Part shown: positions 13,306 through 27,269 of the stretch, in pieces
Layout of the letters: every line of letters starts with the position of its first letter
Position numbering within the stretch: the first letter of the stretch is position 1
NCBI GenBank assembly: GCA_030390025.1
Contig: JASTWF010000121.1
Location: 806,001-870,000 of the forward strand
Direction of reading: 5' to 3'
From: Squalus acanthias
Lineage: Eukaryota
DNA length: 64,000 bases
The notes under the pieces: generated by a model
Databases searched by the model: none
Told to the model about the DNA's origin: nothing
The model's input: the letters and a program-made list of their open reading frames with translations, nothing else
Translations under genes and position numbers: made by a program

Positions 13306-14566
13306 AGATAGAGTCATAGAGTTATACAGCACAGAAAGATGCCCTTTGGCCCATCGAATCCGCACCTCAATCAGGTCCCCCCTCAGCCTTCTCTGCTCCA
13401 AGGAAAACAACTCCAGCCTGTCCAGCCTCTCCTCATAGCTTAAGCGCTCCAGCCCAGGTAACATCCTGGTGAATCTCCTCTGCACTCTCTCCAATGCAAT
13501 CACATGCTTCCTATAGTGTGGCGACCAGAACTGCAAACAGTATTCCAGCTGTGGCCTAACTAGCGTTTTGTATAGCTCCATTATAACCTCCCTGCTCTTA
13601 TATTCTATGCCTCGGCAAATGAAGGCAAGTATCCCATATGCCTTTTTAACCACCTTATCTACCTGTCTTGCTGCCTTCAGGGGTCTATGTACATGCACAC
13701 CAAGGTCCCTCTGATGCTCTGTCCTTCCTCGGGTCCTACCATTCATTGTGTATTCCCTTGACTTGTTAGTCCTCCCAAATGCATCACCTCACACTTTTCA
13801 GGGTTAAATTCCATTTGGCACTGTCGCAATTGTGTGGGACAGGCTGGATGGACCAGAGCGTCTTCACCTGTCTGTCTGTTGGTCTGATGTAGGCTGTAAG
13901 AAGCCTTTTCATGGTCAGGCCTCATTTGCATGGAAACACCAAGCTGATGGCACATTATAAGAGGTGCCATCAGCTTGGTGATGGCATATTATTTGAGGTG
14001 CCTGCTGTATGCCTCAGAGACATGGACCATGTACAGCAGGCACCTCAAAGCACTGGAGAGGTACCACCAATGCTGCCTCTGCAAGACCCTGCAAATCCAT
14101 TGGCAGGATAGGTGCACCAACGTCAGTGTTCTTGCTCAGGCCAACATCCCCTGCATTGAAGCTCAAAGTGGAGGAGAAGCATCCGGGAAGGCGCCGAACA
14201 CCTCGAGTCTCTTTGCCGGGAGCAAGCGGAAGCCAAGCGCAAGGAGTGCACGTCAACCCAAGCACCCCACCCACCGTCTGCCCCACCTGTGACAGAGACT
14301 GTAGGTTCCGCATTGGACTCATGGGTCACCTGAAAACTCATTTTTAATGTGGAAGCAAGTCATCCTCGGTTCCGAGGGACTGCCTGAGAAGATAAGTATT
14401 GATATAGTAGCTCACCATTTTGGGAGGGAGGGAGGTTTCTACGTCTCAACAGCCACCTCCTCTCTGAAAGGCTTGACTGGACATTCTGCTGCAAAGTGAT
14501 TCTCTGCACCAACATCTCTGGGCTCTTCTGCGCGTGCGTGCGGGATCCCGGAGCCGCGCTTGCGCA

Positions 14567-15778
14567 GGAGAGAGAGAGAGAAGACCCGGCACTGGATCCG
14601 GGCTACCCGGGGGATAGTGAGAGAGAGAGAGAAGACGCGGCACTGGATCCGGGCTACCCGGGGGGAGAGAGAGAGAGAGAGAGAAGACACGGCACTGGAT
14701 CCGGGCTAGCCGGGGGAGAGTGAGAGAGAGAGAGAAGACCCGGCACTGGATCCAGGCTACCCGGGGTGAGAGAGAGAGAGAGAGAGAGAAGACACGGCAC
14801 TGGATCCGGGCTACCCGGGGAGAGTGAGAGAGAGAGAGAAGACTGGGCACTGGATCCGGGCTACGCGGGGGAGAGTGAGAGAGCGAGGGAGAAGACTCGG
14901 CACTGGATCCGAGCTACCCGGGGGAGAGTGAGAGAGAGAGAGAAGACCCGGCACTGGATCCGGGCTACCCGGGGGAGAGTGAGAGAGAGAGAGAAGACCC
15001 GGCACGGGTTCCGGGCTACCCGAGGGGGAGAGAGAGAGAGAGAGAGAAGACCCGGCACTGGATCCGGGCTACCCGGGGGAGAGTGAGAGAGAGAAGACCC
15101 GACACTGGATCCGGGATGCCCGGTGGAGAGAGAGAGAGAGAGAAGACTCGGCACTGGATCCGGGCTACCCGGGGGAGAGTGAGAGAGAGAGAAGACCCGG
15201 CACTGGATCCGGGATGCCCGGTGGAGAGAGAGAGAGAGAGAAGACTCGGCACTGGATCCAGGCTACCCGGGGGAGAGAGAGAGAGAGAAGACCCGGCACT
15301 GGATCCGGGCTACCCGGGGGAGAGTGAGAGAGAGAAGACCCGGCACTGGATCCGGGCTACCCGGGGGAGAGTGAGAGAGAGAGAGAAGACCCAGCACGGG
15401 ATCCGGGCTACCCGGGGGGGAGAGAGAGAGAGAGAGAGAAGACCCAGCAGTGGATCCGGGCTACCCGGGGGAGAGTGAGAGAGAGAGAAGACCCGGCACT
15501 GGATCCGGGATGCCCGGTGGAGAGAGAGAGAGAGAGAAGACTCGGCACTGGATCCGGGCTACCCGGGGGAAAGAGAGAGAGAGAGAGAAGACCCGGCACT
15601 GGATCCAGGCTACCCGAGGGGAGAGAGAGAGAGAGAAGACCCGGCACTGGATCCGGGCTACCCGAGGGGAGAGAGAGAGAGAGAGAAGACCCGGCACTGG
15701 ATCCGGGCTACCCGGGGGGAGAGAGAGAGAGAGAGAAGACCCGGCACTGGATCCGGGCTACACGAGGGCAGAAGAGAG
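14567..15778. repeat. Second array of the same ~50-bp satellite
   Basis: About 24 units with the same consensus. Confidence 0.95.
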
Positions 15779-16479
15779 ACATAGAGTCATAGAGTTATAC
15801 AGCACAGAAAGATGCCCTTTGGCACATCGAATCCACACATCAATCAGGTCCCCCCTCAGCCTTCTCTGCTCCACGGAAAACAACTCCAACCTGTCCAGTC
15901 TCTCCTCATAGCTTAAGCGCTCCAGCCCAGGTAACATCCTGGTGAATCTCCTCTGCACTCTCTCCAATGCAATCACATGCTTCCTATAGTGTGGTGACCA
16001 GAAGTGCAAACAGTATTCCAGCTGTGGCCTAACTAGCGTTTTGTACAGCTCCATCATAACCTCCCTGCTCTTATATTCTATGCCTCGGCAAATGAAGGCA
16101 AGTATCCCATATGCCTTTTTAACCACCTTATCTACCTGTCTTGCTGCCTTCAGGGGTCTATGTACATGCACACCAAGGTCCCTCTGATGCTCTGTCCTTC
16201 CTCGGGTCCTACCATTCATTGTGTATTCCCTTGACTTGTTAGTCCTCCCAAATGCATCACCTCACACTTTTCAGGGTTAAATTCCATTTGGCACTGTCGC
16301 AATTGTGTGGGACAGGCTGGATGGACCAGAGCGTCTTCACCTGTCCGTCTGTTGGTCTGATGTAGGCTGTAAGAAGCCTTTTCATGGTCAGGCCTCATTT
16401 GCATGGAAACACCAAGCTGATGGCACATTATAAGAGGTGCGATCAGCTTGGTGATGGCATATTATTTGAGGTGCCTGCT

Positions 16480-17842
16480 ACAACTGTACAGCGTATTGGT
16501 GAGACCACACCTCGAGTACTGCGTACAGTTTTGGGGCTAAAAATTCGGCTGCTTGCGCCTCCCGTTAGCGCCTTAAGAGGGCGCTAATGGGGTGCAAAGC
16601 AGCTAACGCCCGGGCGCAGCGCCGCCCACGCCTTCCGCAAAATTCAGCGGGAGGTTAGTGGCGGCGCCAGCCGGTAGCGCCCTGTGGCGCTGCGCCGCCG
16701 GCGATGACGTCATCGCCGTGCGCAGCACCCCGCTCGCGCTCCAGCCGCGATCTTTAGTCGCGCCCCCTGTTTTACCGCCAGACGCTATGTGCGACGGGTT
16801 CAGGGGGGCGTACGTGCGGCCGGGGCGGCGATATTTAAAGGGGAGGTGGCAGGCGGCCATTTTTATTGCTGGCCGCCTGCCAGCACCTGCCCCCGTTGCT
16901 GTCCCCGGCCCCCGTGAAGCCCCCCCACCGTGAAGTGCCGGCTGCGCTCCAAGAGCCCGGCACTTCTCTTGAGTGCCGGGCTCTTTTGCTGGCACTCCCG
17001 ATCCCTGGGGGCCCAGCTGGGCCCCGGTTCGCGCTGCGCAGGGCCCCTCCCCTTTAAGAAGGGGAGGAAGGCTTGCAATACCGCGGCGCAATGTGCCGCG
17101 GCGCCTGGCGCTGCGGCACGTAGCGCCAGGATATTCCCTCACAGCGCCCCAAGAGGGATGCGGGGTGCTTCCAGTAGCGCCCCGCTTCCCTCTTGGGGCG
17201 CAACCACTGAAGTTTCAGCGCGGGGGCGCTAATTTTTTCGGGGCGCTAAATGTAGCGCCCCGGCGAGGTTAGCGCCCCAAATGGGGCAATACTCAATTTT
17301 TAGCCCTTGGTCTCCTTATTTAAGGAGGGATATACTTGCATTGGAGGCAGTTCAGAGACGATTCACTAGGTTAATTCCAGAGATGAGGGCGTTGACTTAT
17401 GAAGAAATGTTGAGCAGGCTGGGCCTATACTCATTGGAATTTAGAAGAATGAGAGGTGATCTTATTGAAACATATAAGATACTGAGGGGGCTCGACAAGG
17501 TAGGTGCAGAGAGGATGTTTCCCCTCATGGGGAAATCTAGAACTCAGGGGCATAGTTTCAGAATAAAGGGTCGCCCTTTTAGAACTGAGATAAGGAGGAA
17601 TTTCTTCTCTCAGAGGGTTGTAAATCTGTGGAATTCTCTGCCCCAGAGAGCCGTGGAGGCTGGGTCATTAAATACATTTAAGGGGGAGATAGACAAATTT
17701 TTGCAAGATAAGGGAGTAAAGGATTATGGGGAGCGGGCAGGGAAGTGGCTTTGAGCCCAAGATCAGCCATGATCTTATTGAATGGTGGAGCAGGCTCGAG
17801 GGGCCAAGTGGCCTATTCCGGCTCCTATTTCTTATGTTCTTA
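16480..17842 (+). mobile_element. CR1 3' end (host of MITE 16534-17306)
   Basis: RPHLEYCVQFW / SPYLRRDIL split by the MITE, with a TTCTTATG tail. Confidence 0.85.
16534..17306. mobile_element. Harbinger-like MITE, family A, inserted in CR1
   Basis: TIRs GGGCTAAAAATT / AATTTTTAGCCC and exact 3-bp TSD TTG. Removing it restores the CR1 sequence CAGTTTTGGTCTCC. Confidence 0.85.
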
Positions 17843-19040
17843 TACCCAGATCCCTTTGTACCGCAGCATTCTGTAGTCTCTCTCCATTTAAATAATATTT
17901 AGCTTTTTATTCTTCCTACCAAAGTCGATAACCTCACATTTTCCTACATTATACTCCATCTGCTGAATTTTTGCCCATTCACTTAACCTATCTATATCCC
18001 TTAGCAGACTCTATGGCCCGTATTTTCCGATCGCAGGTTTCCCGCGGGCAGAGGCCTGCGATCTGGAAAAATCTACGCCCTTACCTGAGGGCTCCCGGGA
18101 CGCACACGCTTCCGATCCTGGGCCTCTCCAAACTCCTAGTGCGCAGGGCCCACGTATCCCAGAGGCGCAGGTAGTTCGCAGCGTCCCTGGGATCACGTGG
18201 GCCATGGGGAGCCAATCAAAGAAAGGAATCTCCCTTCATACACTTGACAGGAAGACCTGTCAAATATATGAATGGAGTTCACCCCAAAAACATAGTAAAA
18301 CCTTAAGTAAATTTTTTAAAAATCACATTTTTAAAGTGACTTGAAATTACAATAAATTAAATATTTTAAACAAAGATTTAAATTTTTGAAAAAATAATTA
18401 AAGTTTTTACGTGGCTAAAAATAAACTTACCTTTTTTTAAAGTATTTTTAAATGATAAATCAGTGAAACTTTTTTTTTTTACTTTTTTCAACTCTTATCC
18501 TGGTAAGAGCAGGCCTTACACAGGCTTTTACCAGGCGTAAGAATTGTCAGGGATTTCTGCGGGCGGAGGGTCTCCAAAAAGCGGAACTATCCGCCCGCAG
18601 AGGCCCTTCTCTAGGGCAGGCGTCCGATCTGTTAAGAGCATTCTTGACAGATTGGAAATGTTGGTTTTCAGCGCATGCGCTGTGCATGCCTGAAAACGGC
18701 ATTTCCGATGTCCCTACAGATGGGGACACAGCGCGTACCCACCCGTAGGGATCGGAATATCTGGGCCTTTGTGTCCTCCTCACAACTTGCTTTCCCACCT
18801 ATCTTTGTATCATCAGCAAATTTGGCTACAGTACACTCAGTCCCTTCATCCAAGTCATTAATATCGATTGTATATAGTTGAGGCCCCAGCACTGATCCCT
18901 GTGGCACATGTTAGCCAACCTGAAAATGACCCATTTATGCCAACTCTCTGTTTTCTGTCAGTTAGCCAATACTCTATCCATGCTAATATAGTAGCCCCAA
19001 CACCATGAGCACTTATCTTGTGCAGTAACCTTTTATGTAG
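17843..19040 (-). mobile_element. CR1 RT fragment (host of MITE 18015-18767)
   Basis: PQGSVLGP and KFADDTK motifs. Confidence 0.85.
18015..18767. mobile_element. Harbinger-like MITE, family B, inserted in CR1
   Basis: TIRs GGCCCGTATTTTCCGATC / GATCGGAATATCTGGGCC, TAT/TTT flanks, GC-rich arms around an AT-rich core. Confidence 0.8.
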
Positions 19041-19648
19041 TACAGAAAGTGCAGGGGTGCAATTAAAAAGGATATTCGGAAAGCAAAGAGAGAGCATGAA
19101 AAATTCTTGGCAAGTAAAATCAAGGAAAACCCAAAGATGTTTTATATTAAGAGTAAGAGGATAACTAAAGAAAGGGTAGGGCCTATTAGAGATCATGAGG
19201 GTAATCTGTGTGTGGAGGTGGGTGACGTCGGTAGGGTTCTTAATGAATACTTTGCATCTGTTTTCACAAAGGAGAGGGGCGAAGCAGACATTGCTATCAG
19301 GGGGGAGGCGTTTGAAATATTAGATGAAATAAACATAGTGAGAGAGGAAGTATTAAGGGGTTTAGCAGCTTTAAAAGTGGATAAATCCCCAGGCCCGGAT
19401 CAAATGTATCCCAGGCTGTTAAGCGAAGCAAAAGAGGAAATAGCAGAGGCCCTGACCATCATTTTTCAAATATCTCTGGCTTCAGTTGTGGTGCCGGAGG
19501 ACTGGAGGACTGCTAATGTTGTACCCTTGTTTAAAAAGGGAGAAAAGGATAGACCGAGTAATTACAGGCCAGTCAGCCTAACCTCGGTGGTGGGAAAATT
19601 ATTGGAAAGAATTCTGAAGGACAGGTTAAATCTTCATTTAGAAAGATA

Positions 19649-22600
19649 CTAGGATGGAGATTAAAAAGCAGGACCTCAAAGGTTGTAATCTCTGGATAAC
19701 TCCCGGTGCCACGTGCTAGTGAGTATAGGCATAGGAGAATAGAGCAGATGAATGCTTGGCTAAAGAGTTGGTGCAGGAGGGAGGGCTTTAGTTTCCTGGA
19801 TCACTGGGACCTGTACAAGTTGGACGGGTTGCACCTGAACTGGAACGGGACAAACATCCTTGCGGGGAGGTTTGCTAGTGCTGTTGGGGGGGGGTTAAAC
19901 CAACTTGGCAGAGGGATGGGATACGGAGTGTAGCTATAGTAGGGGGTGATGCACAGCCAAATATAGAGGAAAAAACAAGTCAGTCTGGAAGGCAGAGCAA
20001 ATATGTAACGGCACAAGGGAGTATGGCAAGGCTGGATGGCATTTATTTTAATGCAAGGAGTCTTACGAGTAAGGCAGATGAATTGAAGGTGTTGATGAAC
20101 ACATGGGAGTTTGATATTGTTGCTATCACAAAGACATGGTAGAGGGAGGGGCAGGACTGGCAGCTCAATATTCCGCTGTATAGAATCTTCAGGTGAGACA
20201 GAGGGGGGTGTAAAAGAGGAGGGGGTGTTTCAATATTAATCAAGGAGTCAATTACTGCAGTAAGGAGGGATGATATCTTAGCAGGTTCCTCTAATGAAGC
20301 CATATGGGGAGAACTTAAAAAAAAAAAGGGGGCAAGCACTTTTCTGGGAGTGTACTATAGGCCCCCAAACAGTCATGGGGAGATAGAAGAACAGATATGT
20401 AGGCAAATCTCAGAGAAGTGTAGAAATAATAGGGTAATAATAGTAGGGGATTTCAAATTCCCCAATATTAACTGGGATAGTCAGAGTGTGAAAGGCTTGG
20501 AGGGTGCGGAATTCTTAAGGTGCATCCAGGAGAGCATTTTGAGCCAGTATGTAGAAAGTCCTACAAGAGAGGGGGCGGTACTGGATCTAATTCTAGGGAA
20601 TGTAACCGGGCAAGTGGTGGAAGTGTCAGTAGGAGAGCATTTTGGTGGCAGTGATCATAATTCGGTGAGATTTAAGGTAGGCATGGAAAAGGACAAAGAT
20701 GGACCGGAACTAAAGGTTCTAAATTGGGGGAAGGCTGATTTTAACATGATAAAGCAGGATCTGGCCAAAGTGGACTGGGATAAGCTACTTGTAGGCAAAT
20801 CCACATCAGAGCAGTGGGAGTCTTTCAGAAAGGAAATAGAGAGAGTGCAATACCAACATGTTCCCGTAAAGGTCAAAGGTGGGACCAACAAGCGCAGGGA
20901 ACCCTGGATGTCAAGGGATATACAAGAATGGATTAGGCAAAAAAGGGAGGCTTTTGGCAGATACAACGGACTAAAAACAATGGCAGCCCTAGAGGAGTAT
21001 AGAACGTGCAGGGTGGGCAAAATAAAGGATAATCCCAAGGTGTTTTATAAGTATATTAAGGGCAAGAGGATAACCAGGGAAAGGGTAGGGCCCATTAGGG
21101 ACCAAAGTGGCAACATGTGTGTTGAGCCGAAAGATGTAGGTGAGGTTTGAACTGAATATTTTGCATCTGTGTTCGATATGGAGAAGGATGATGTAGGTAT
21201 AGAAATCAGGCGGGGGATTGTGATGTACTTGAACAAATTAGCATTGAGAGGGAGGAGGTACTAGCTCTTTTAGCGGGCTTAAAAGTGGATAAAACCCCAG
21301 GCCCAGACAAGATGTATCCCAGGCTGCTGTGTGAGGCAAGGGAGGAGATTGTAGCGGCTCTGACACAAATTTTCAGAACCTCTCTGGCCACAGGGGAGGT
21401 GCCAGAGGACTGGAGGACAGCTAACGTAGTAACATTATTCAAGAAGGGTAGTAGGGATAAACCAGGGAATTATAGGCCAGTGAGCCTAACAACAGTGGTA
21501 AGGAAATCATTGGAAAAAATTCTGAGGGATAGAATTAGTCTCCACTTGGAGAGGCAAGGATTAATCAAGGATAGTCAGCTTGGCTTTGTCAGGGGGACAT
21601 CATGTCTAACCAATTTGATTGAATTTTTCGAGGGGCTGACTAGGTTTGTGGATGAGGGTAGTGCAGTTGATGTCGTCTACATGGACTTCAGTAAGGCTTT
21701 TGACAAAGTCGCGCATGGGAGACTGGTCAAGAAGGTAAGAGCCCCTGGGATCCAGGGCAATTTGGCACATTGGATCCAAAATTGGCGTAGTGGCAGGAAG
21801 CAGAGGATGATGGTTGAAGGTTGTTTTTGTGACTGGAAGCCTGTGTCCAGTGGTGTACCGCAGGGATTGGTGCTGCGTCCCTTGCTGTTTGTAGTGTACA
21901 TTCATGAATTAGATATGAATGTAGGAGGTATGATCAGTATGTTCGCAGATGACACGAAAATTGATGGAGTGGTAAATAGCGAGGAGGAAAGCCTCAGGCT
22001 ACAGGACGATATAGACGGGTTAGTCAGATGGGTAGAACATTGGCAAATGGAATTTAACCCTGAAAATTGTGATGTGATGCATTTTGGGAGAACTAACAAG
22101 GCAAGGGAATACACAATGAATGGTAGGACCCTAATAAGGACAGAGGATCAGAGGGACCTTGGTGTGCATGTACATAGATCCTTGATGGCAGCAGGACAGG
22201 CAGATAAGGTGGTTAAAAAGGCATATGGGATACTTGTCTTCATTAGCCGAGGCATAGAATATAAGAGCAGGGAGGTTATGATGGAGCTGTCCAAAACGCT
22301 AGTTAGGCCACAGCTGGAATACTGTGTGCAGTTCTGGTCGCCACACTATAGGAAGGATGTGATTGCATTAGAGACAGTGCGGAGGTGATTCACCAGGATG
22401 TTACCTGGGCTGGAGCGCTTCAGCTATGAAGAGAGACTGGACAGGCTGGGGTTGTTTTCCTTAGAGCAGAGAAGGCTGAGGGGGGACCTGATTGAGGTGT
22501 ACAAAATTATGAGGGGCATAGATAGGGTAGATAGAAAGGAACTTTCCCCCTTAGTAGAGGGGTCAATAACCATGGGGCATAGTTTCAAGTTAAGGGGCAG

Positions 22601-22870
22601 GAGGTTTAGAGGGGATTTGAGGAAAAACTTTTTCACCCAGAGGGTGGTTGGAATCTGGAACTCACTGCCTGAAAGGATGGTAGAGGCAGGAACCCTGACA
22701 ACATTCAAGAAGCATTTAGATGAGCACTTGAAACACCATAGCATACAAGGCTACGGACCAAGTGCTGGAAAATGGGATTAGAATAGACAGGGCTTGATGG
22801 CCGGCACGGACACGATGAGTCGAAGGGCCTCTTTCTGTGCTGTATAACTCTATGACTCTATGACTCTATG
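19649..22870 (+). mobile_element. Long CR1 copy (ORF1 C-terminus, APE, RT), nested in another CR1 (19040-19648 and 22871-23657)
   Basis: DGLHLN (esterase-like ORF1), YYRPPNS/VGDF/SDHN endonuclease motifs, 367-aa RT ORF, (TATGACTC)n tail. The host frame HLER|HGLIKDSQ resumes after the tail. Confidence 0.9.
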
Positions 22871-23657
22871 ACATGGATTAATCAAGGATAGTCAGCTTGT
22901 TAAGAGAAGGTCGTGTCTGACAAACTTGATTGAATTTTTTGAGAAGGTAACAACGAGGGTAGATGAGGGTAGTGCGTTTGATGTACTGTATATGGACTTT
23001 AGCAAGGCTATTGATAAGGTTCCACATGGCAGACTGGTCACGAAGTTAAAAGCCCATGGGATGTTATGCTTCAACTGTATAAAACACTAGTTAGGCCTCA
23101 GCTAGTGTACTGCGTGCAGTTCTGGTCACCACATTACAGGAAAGATGTGATTGCACTTGAGAGAGGGTACAGAGGAGATTTACAAGGATGTTGCCAGGAG
23201 TAGAGAATCTTAGCTATGAGGAATGATTGGATAGGCTGGGTCTGTTTTGCTTGAAGCAGAGGAGGCTGAGGGGAGACCTTATTGAGGTGTATAAAGTTAT
23301 GAGGGGCATAGATAAAGTGGATAGAAAGGACGTATTTTCCTTAGCAGAGGGGTCAAAAACCAGGGGACACAGATTTAATATAATTGGGGGAATGTTTAGA
23401 GGGGATTTGAGGGGAAATTTCTTCACCCAGAGGGTTGTGGGGTCTGGAACTCATTGCCTGTGGGTAGGGTGGTAGAGGCAAGAACCCTAACCACATTTAA
23501 AATGTACTTGGATGTACACTTGGGATGCTCTAACCTGCAGGGCTATGGACCAAGAGCTGGGAAGTGGGATTAGGCTGGATAGCACTTTGTTGGCCGGCGC
23601 GGACACGGTGGGCTGAAATGGCCTCCTTCCGTGCTGAAACTTTCTATGATTCTATGA

Positions 23658-26580
23658 TGTGGCACATTATCGAATGTCTTTTGGACATCCAAATACACTA
23701 CATCTACTGGTTCCCCTTCATCTAGCCTGCTCATTACCTCCTCAAATAACTCTAATAGATTTGTCAAACACGATTTCCCTTTCATAAAACCATGTTGACT
23801 CTGTTTGATTGTATTATGTTTTTCTAAATGCCCTGCTACTACTTCCTTAATAATGGATTCCAGCATTTTCCCAATGACAGATGTTAGGCTAACTGGCCTA
23901 TAGTTTCCTGCTTTCTGTCTCCCTCCTTTCTTGAATAGGGGCATTACATTTGTGGTTTTCCAATCTGCTGGGACCTTTCCGGAGTCTGGGGAATCTTGGA
24001 AGATTACAACCAATGCAACCACTATCTCTGCAGCCACTTCTTTTAAGACCCGAGAATGCAGGCCATCAGGACCAGGGGACATGTCAGCCTTTAGACCCAT
24101 TAGTTTGGCTAGTACTTGTTCTCTAGAGATAGTGATTATTTTAAGTTCCTCCCTTCATTTTGCCCCTTGATTTTGCACTATTATGGGATGCTTTTAGTGT
24201 CTTCCACCGTGAAGACAGATACAAAATATTTGTTCAAAGTCTCTGCCATTTCCTTGTTTTCCATTATTAATTCCCTAGTCTCATCTGCTAAGGGACCAAT
24301 GTTTACTTTAGCTACTCTCTTCCTTTTTATATACTTGTAGAACCTCTTACTGTTTGTTTTTATATTTCTTGCTAGTTTACTCTCATAATCTATTTTGTCC
24401 CTCTTTATTATTTTTTTTAGTCATCCTTTGCAAGTTTCTAAAAATTTGCCAATCCTACGGCCTGCCACTAGTCTTCGCAACATTGTATGCCTTTTCTTTC
24501 AATTTGATACCCTCCTTAGCTTGCTTAGTTAACAACAGATGGTTCATCCTTCTCATAGAATCTGTCTTTCTCACTGGAATATATCTTTGTTGAGAGTTAT
24601 GAAATATCTCCTTAAAAGTCAGCTACTGCTTATCTACCGTCTTACCTTTTAATCTATTTTCCCAGTCCACTTTAGCCAACTCTGTCTTCATATCCTTGTA
24701 ATTGCCTTTATTTAAGTTTAAGACACTAGTTTCAGACCCAAGTTTCTCACCCTCAAACAGAATATGAAATTCTACATGTTATGATCACTCTTCCCGAGAG
24801 GATCCTTTAGCATGAGATTATTAATTAACACACTCGGCTCCTGACCTCATTACAGTCTTGGTCAAAACATGGACAAAGTAGCTGAATTCCAGAGGTGAGG
24901 TGAGAGTGACTGCCCTTGACATCAAGGCAGCATTTCACCAAGTATGGCATCAAGGAGCCCAAGTAAAACTGAAGTCAATGGGAATCAGGGGGAAAATGCT
25001 CCACTGGCTGGAGTCATACCTAGCACAAAGGAAGATGGTTGTGGTGATTGAAGGTCATTCATCACAGCCCCAGGACATCGCTGCAGGAGTTCCTCAGGGC
25101 AGTGTCCTAGGCCCAGCCATCTTCTCCGGCGAATGTCTCGCCTCCTGACTCCCCAAAGCCTTTCCACCATCTACAAGGCACAAGTAAGGAGTGTGATGGA
25201 ATACTCTCCACTTGCCTGGATGAGTGCAGCTCCAACAACACTCCAGAAGCTCGACACCATCCAGGACAAAGCAGCCCATTTGATTGGCACCCCATCCACC
25301 ACCTTAAACATTCACTCCCTCCCCCACCGGTGTACCGTGGCTGCAGTGTGTATCATCTACAAGATGCACTGCAGCAACTCGCCAAGGCTTCTTCGGCAGC
25401 ACCTCCCAAACCTCTTCCACCTAGAAGGACAAGGGCAGCAGGTGCATGGGAATACCACCACCTCCAAGTTTCCCTCCAAGTCACACATCATCCTGACTTA
25501 GAAGTATATTGCCGATCCTTCATCATCGCTGGGTCAAAATCCTGGAACTCCCTCCCTAATAGCACTGTGGGAGTACCTTCACCACACAGAGTGTAGCGGT
25601 TCAAGAAGGCAACTCACCACCACCTGCTCAAGGGTAACTAGGGATGGGCAATAAATGCTGGCCTTGCCAGCAACGCCCAGATCCCATAAGCGAAAAAAAA
25701 ATCCTTACAAATTACCAGATCTAAAATAGCCTGTTCCCTGCTTTGTTCCACAACATATTGTTTTAAAAAACTGTCCTGAATACACGCTATGAACTCGTCC
25801 TCAAGGCTACCTTTGCCAATGTGATTTGTCCAATCTATATGAAGATTAAATTGCCCACGATTATTGCAGTACCTTTCTTAGGAGCCCTCATTATTTCTTG
25901 ATTTATATTCTGTCCTTCAGTGTAGCTACTGTAAGGGGGCCTATAGACTACTCCCACCAGTGACTTCTTTCCCTTATTATTTCTGATCTCCACCCAAACT
26001 GATTCTACATCTTGATCTTCCGAGCCAAGATCATTTCTCATGACTGTACTGATCTCATCCTTTATTAACAGAGCTACCCCACCTCCTTTTCTTTTCTGCC
26101 TATCCTTCTGAAATGTCAAATACCCCTGAGTATTCAGTTCCCAGCCTTGGTTACCTTGCAACCACGTCTCTGTAATGGCTCTCAGGTCATACCCATTTAT
26201 TTCTATTTGTGCCGTCAATTCATCTAACTTGTTACAAATGCTGCGTGCTTTCAGATAAAGAGTCCTTAATTTTTTCTTTTTACCATTTTTCCCTACTCTG
26301 ACCCTATTTGCTGGTGCATGCTTATGCTTGTACGCTCTGTCCCTTCCTGTCACACTCTGGTTATCATTACCCCTATCACTACCCTGCACTATTGCCTTGT
26401 CCTTTCTCTTTAACTTTCTAAGTTTCCCCTCACCTGAACCCTCCCCCCCACTAATTTAGTTTAAAGCCCTATCTACAGCCCTAGTTATCCGATTCGCCAG
26501 GACACTGGTCCCCGCACGGTTCAAGTGAAGCCCGTCCCAACGGAACAGCTCCCTCTTTCCCCAGTACTGGTGGAGCAAAG
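23658..26580 (-). mobile_element. CR1 (APE-RT) interrupted by a subfamily-B LINE 3' end at ~24830-25700 (+)
   Basis: ORFs 23570-24100 and 25835-26389. The insert has ALDIKAAF and a poly-A-like end. Confidence 0.85.
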
Positions 26581-27269
26581 CTGAAGCCCATGGAATAAAA
26601 GGGACAGTGGCAGCAAATTTTATCTGCCACGTGTCCGCCCATTCCACCAGCCTGTCTATGTCCTCTTGAAGTCTATCACTATCCTCCACACTGTTCACTA
26701 TTCTTCCAGGTTTTGTGTCATCTGCAAATTTTGAAATTGTACCCAGTACACCCAAGTCCAAGTCATTAATATATATCAAGAAAAGCAGTGTTCCTAGTAC
26801 TGACCCCTGGGGAACACCACTGTATCTATACCTTCCTCAAATCCGAAAAACAACCGCTCAGCCCTACTCTCTGTTTCCTGTCACTTAGCCAATTTCGTAT
26901 CCATGCTGCCACTGTCCCTTTTATTCCATGGGCTTCAACTTTGCTGGCAAGCCTATTATATGGCATGTTATCAAACGCCTTTTGGAAATCCATATCTACT
27001 ACGCCAACCACATTGCCCTCATCAACCCTCTCTAGTACACACTGCAGCCACGGTGCGCCGGTGGTGGAGGGAGTCATTGTATAACCTGGTGAATGCTTTC
27101 TCTGGGATGGTGTCGATCTTTGAGTGTTGTTGCAGCTGCACCCATCCAAGCAAGTGGAGAGTTTTGACGGAGGAAAGTCCAGCCCATTCTTTGTGTTTGT
27201 CTCTGTCAATCTCTCCCTACAAATTGTGTTTCTCTCTGTCAGAAATGGATATCAGGAATTTGGAAACTG

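Larger units (their letters stand above)
11374..16479. repeat. Tandem segmental duplication: units 11374-13823, 13824-16296 and partial 16297-16479
   Basis: Each unit starts TCGCAATTGTGTGGGACAGG. The two full units contain an RTE fragment, a 170-bp unique spacer, a satellite and an inverted CR1 piece. Confidence 0.9.

Noticed and set aside
12178-15911. Many RE/SL-rich ORFs and a superficial CRISPR-like repeat-spacer look
   Set aside because: The spacers are only (GA)n of variable length. This is a eukaryotic satellite with no cas genes.
16603-17272. GC-rich ORFs and an apparent CpG-island promoter
   Set aside because: They lie entirely within a TIR element with a TSD.
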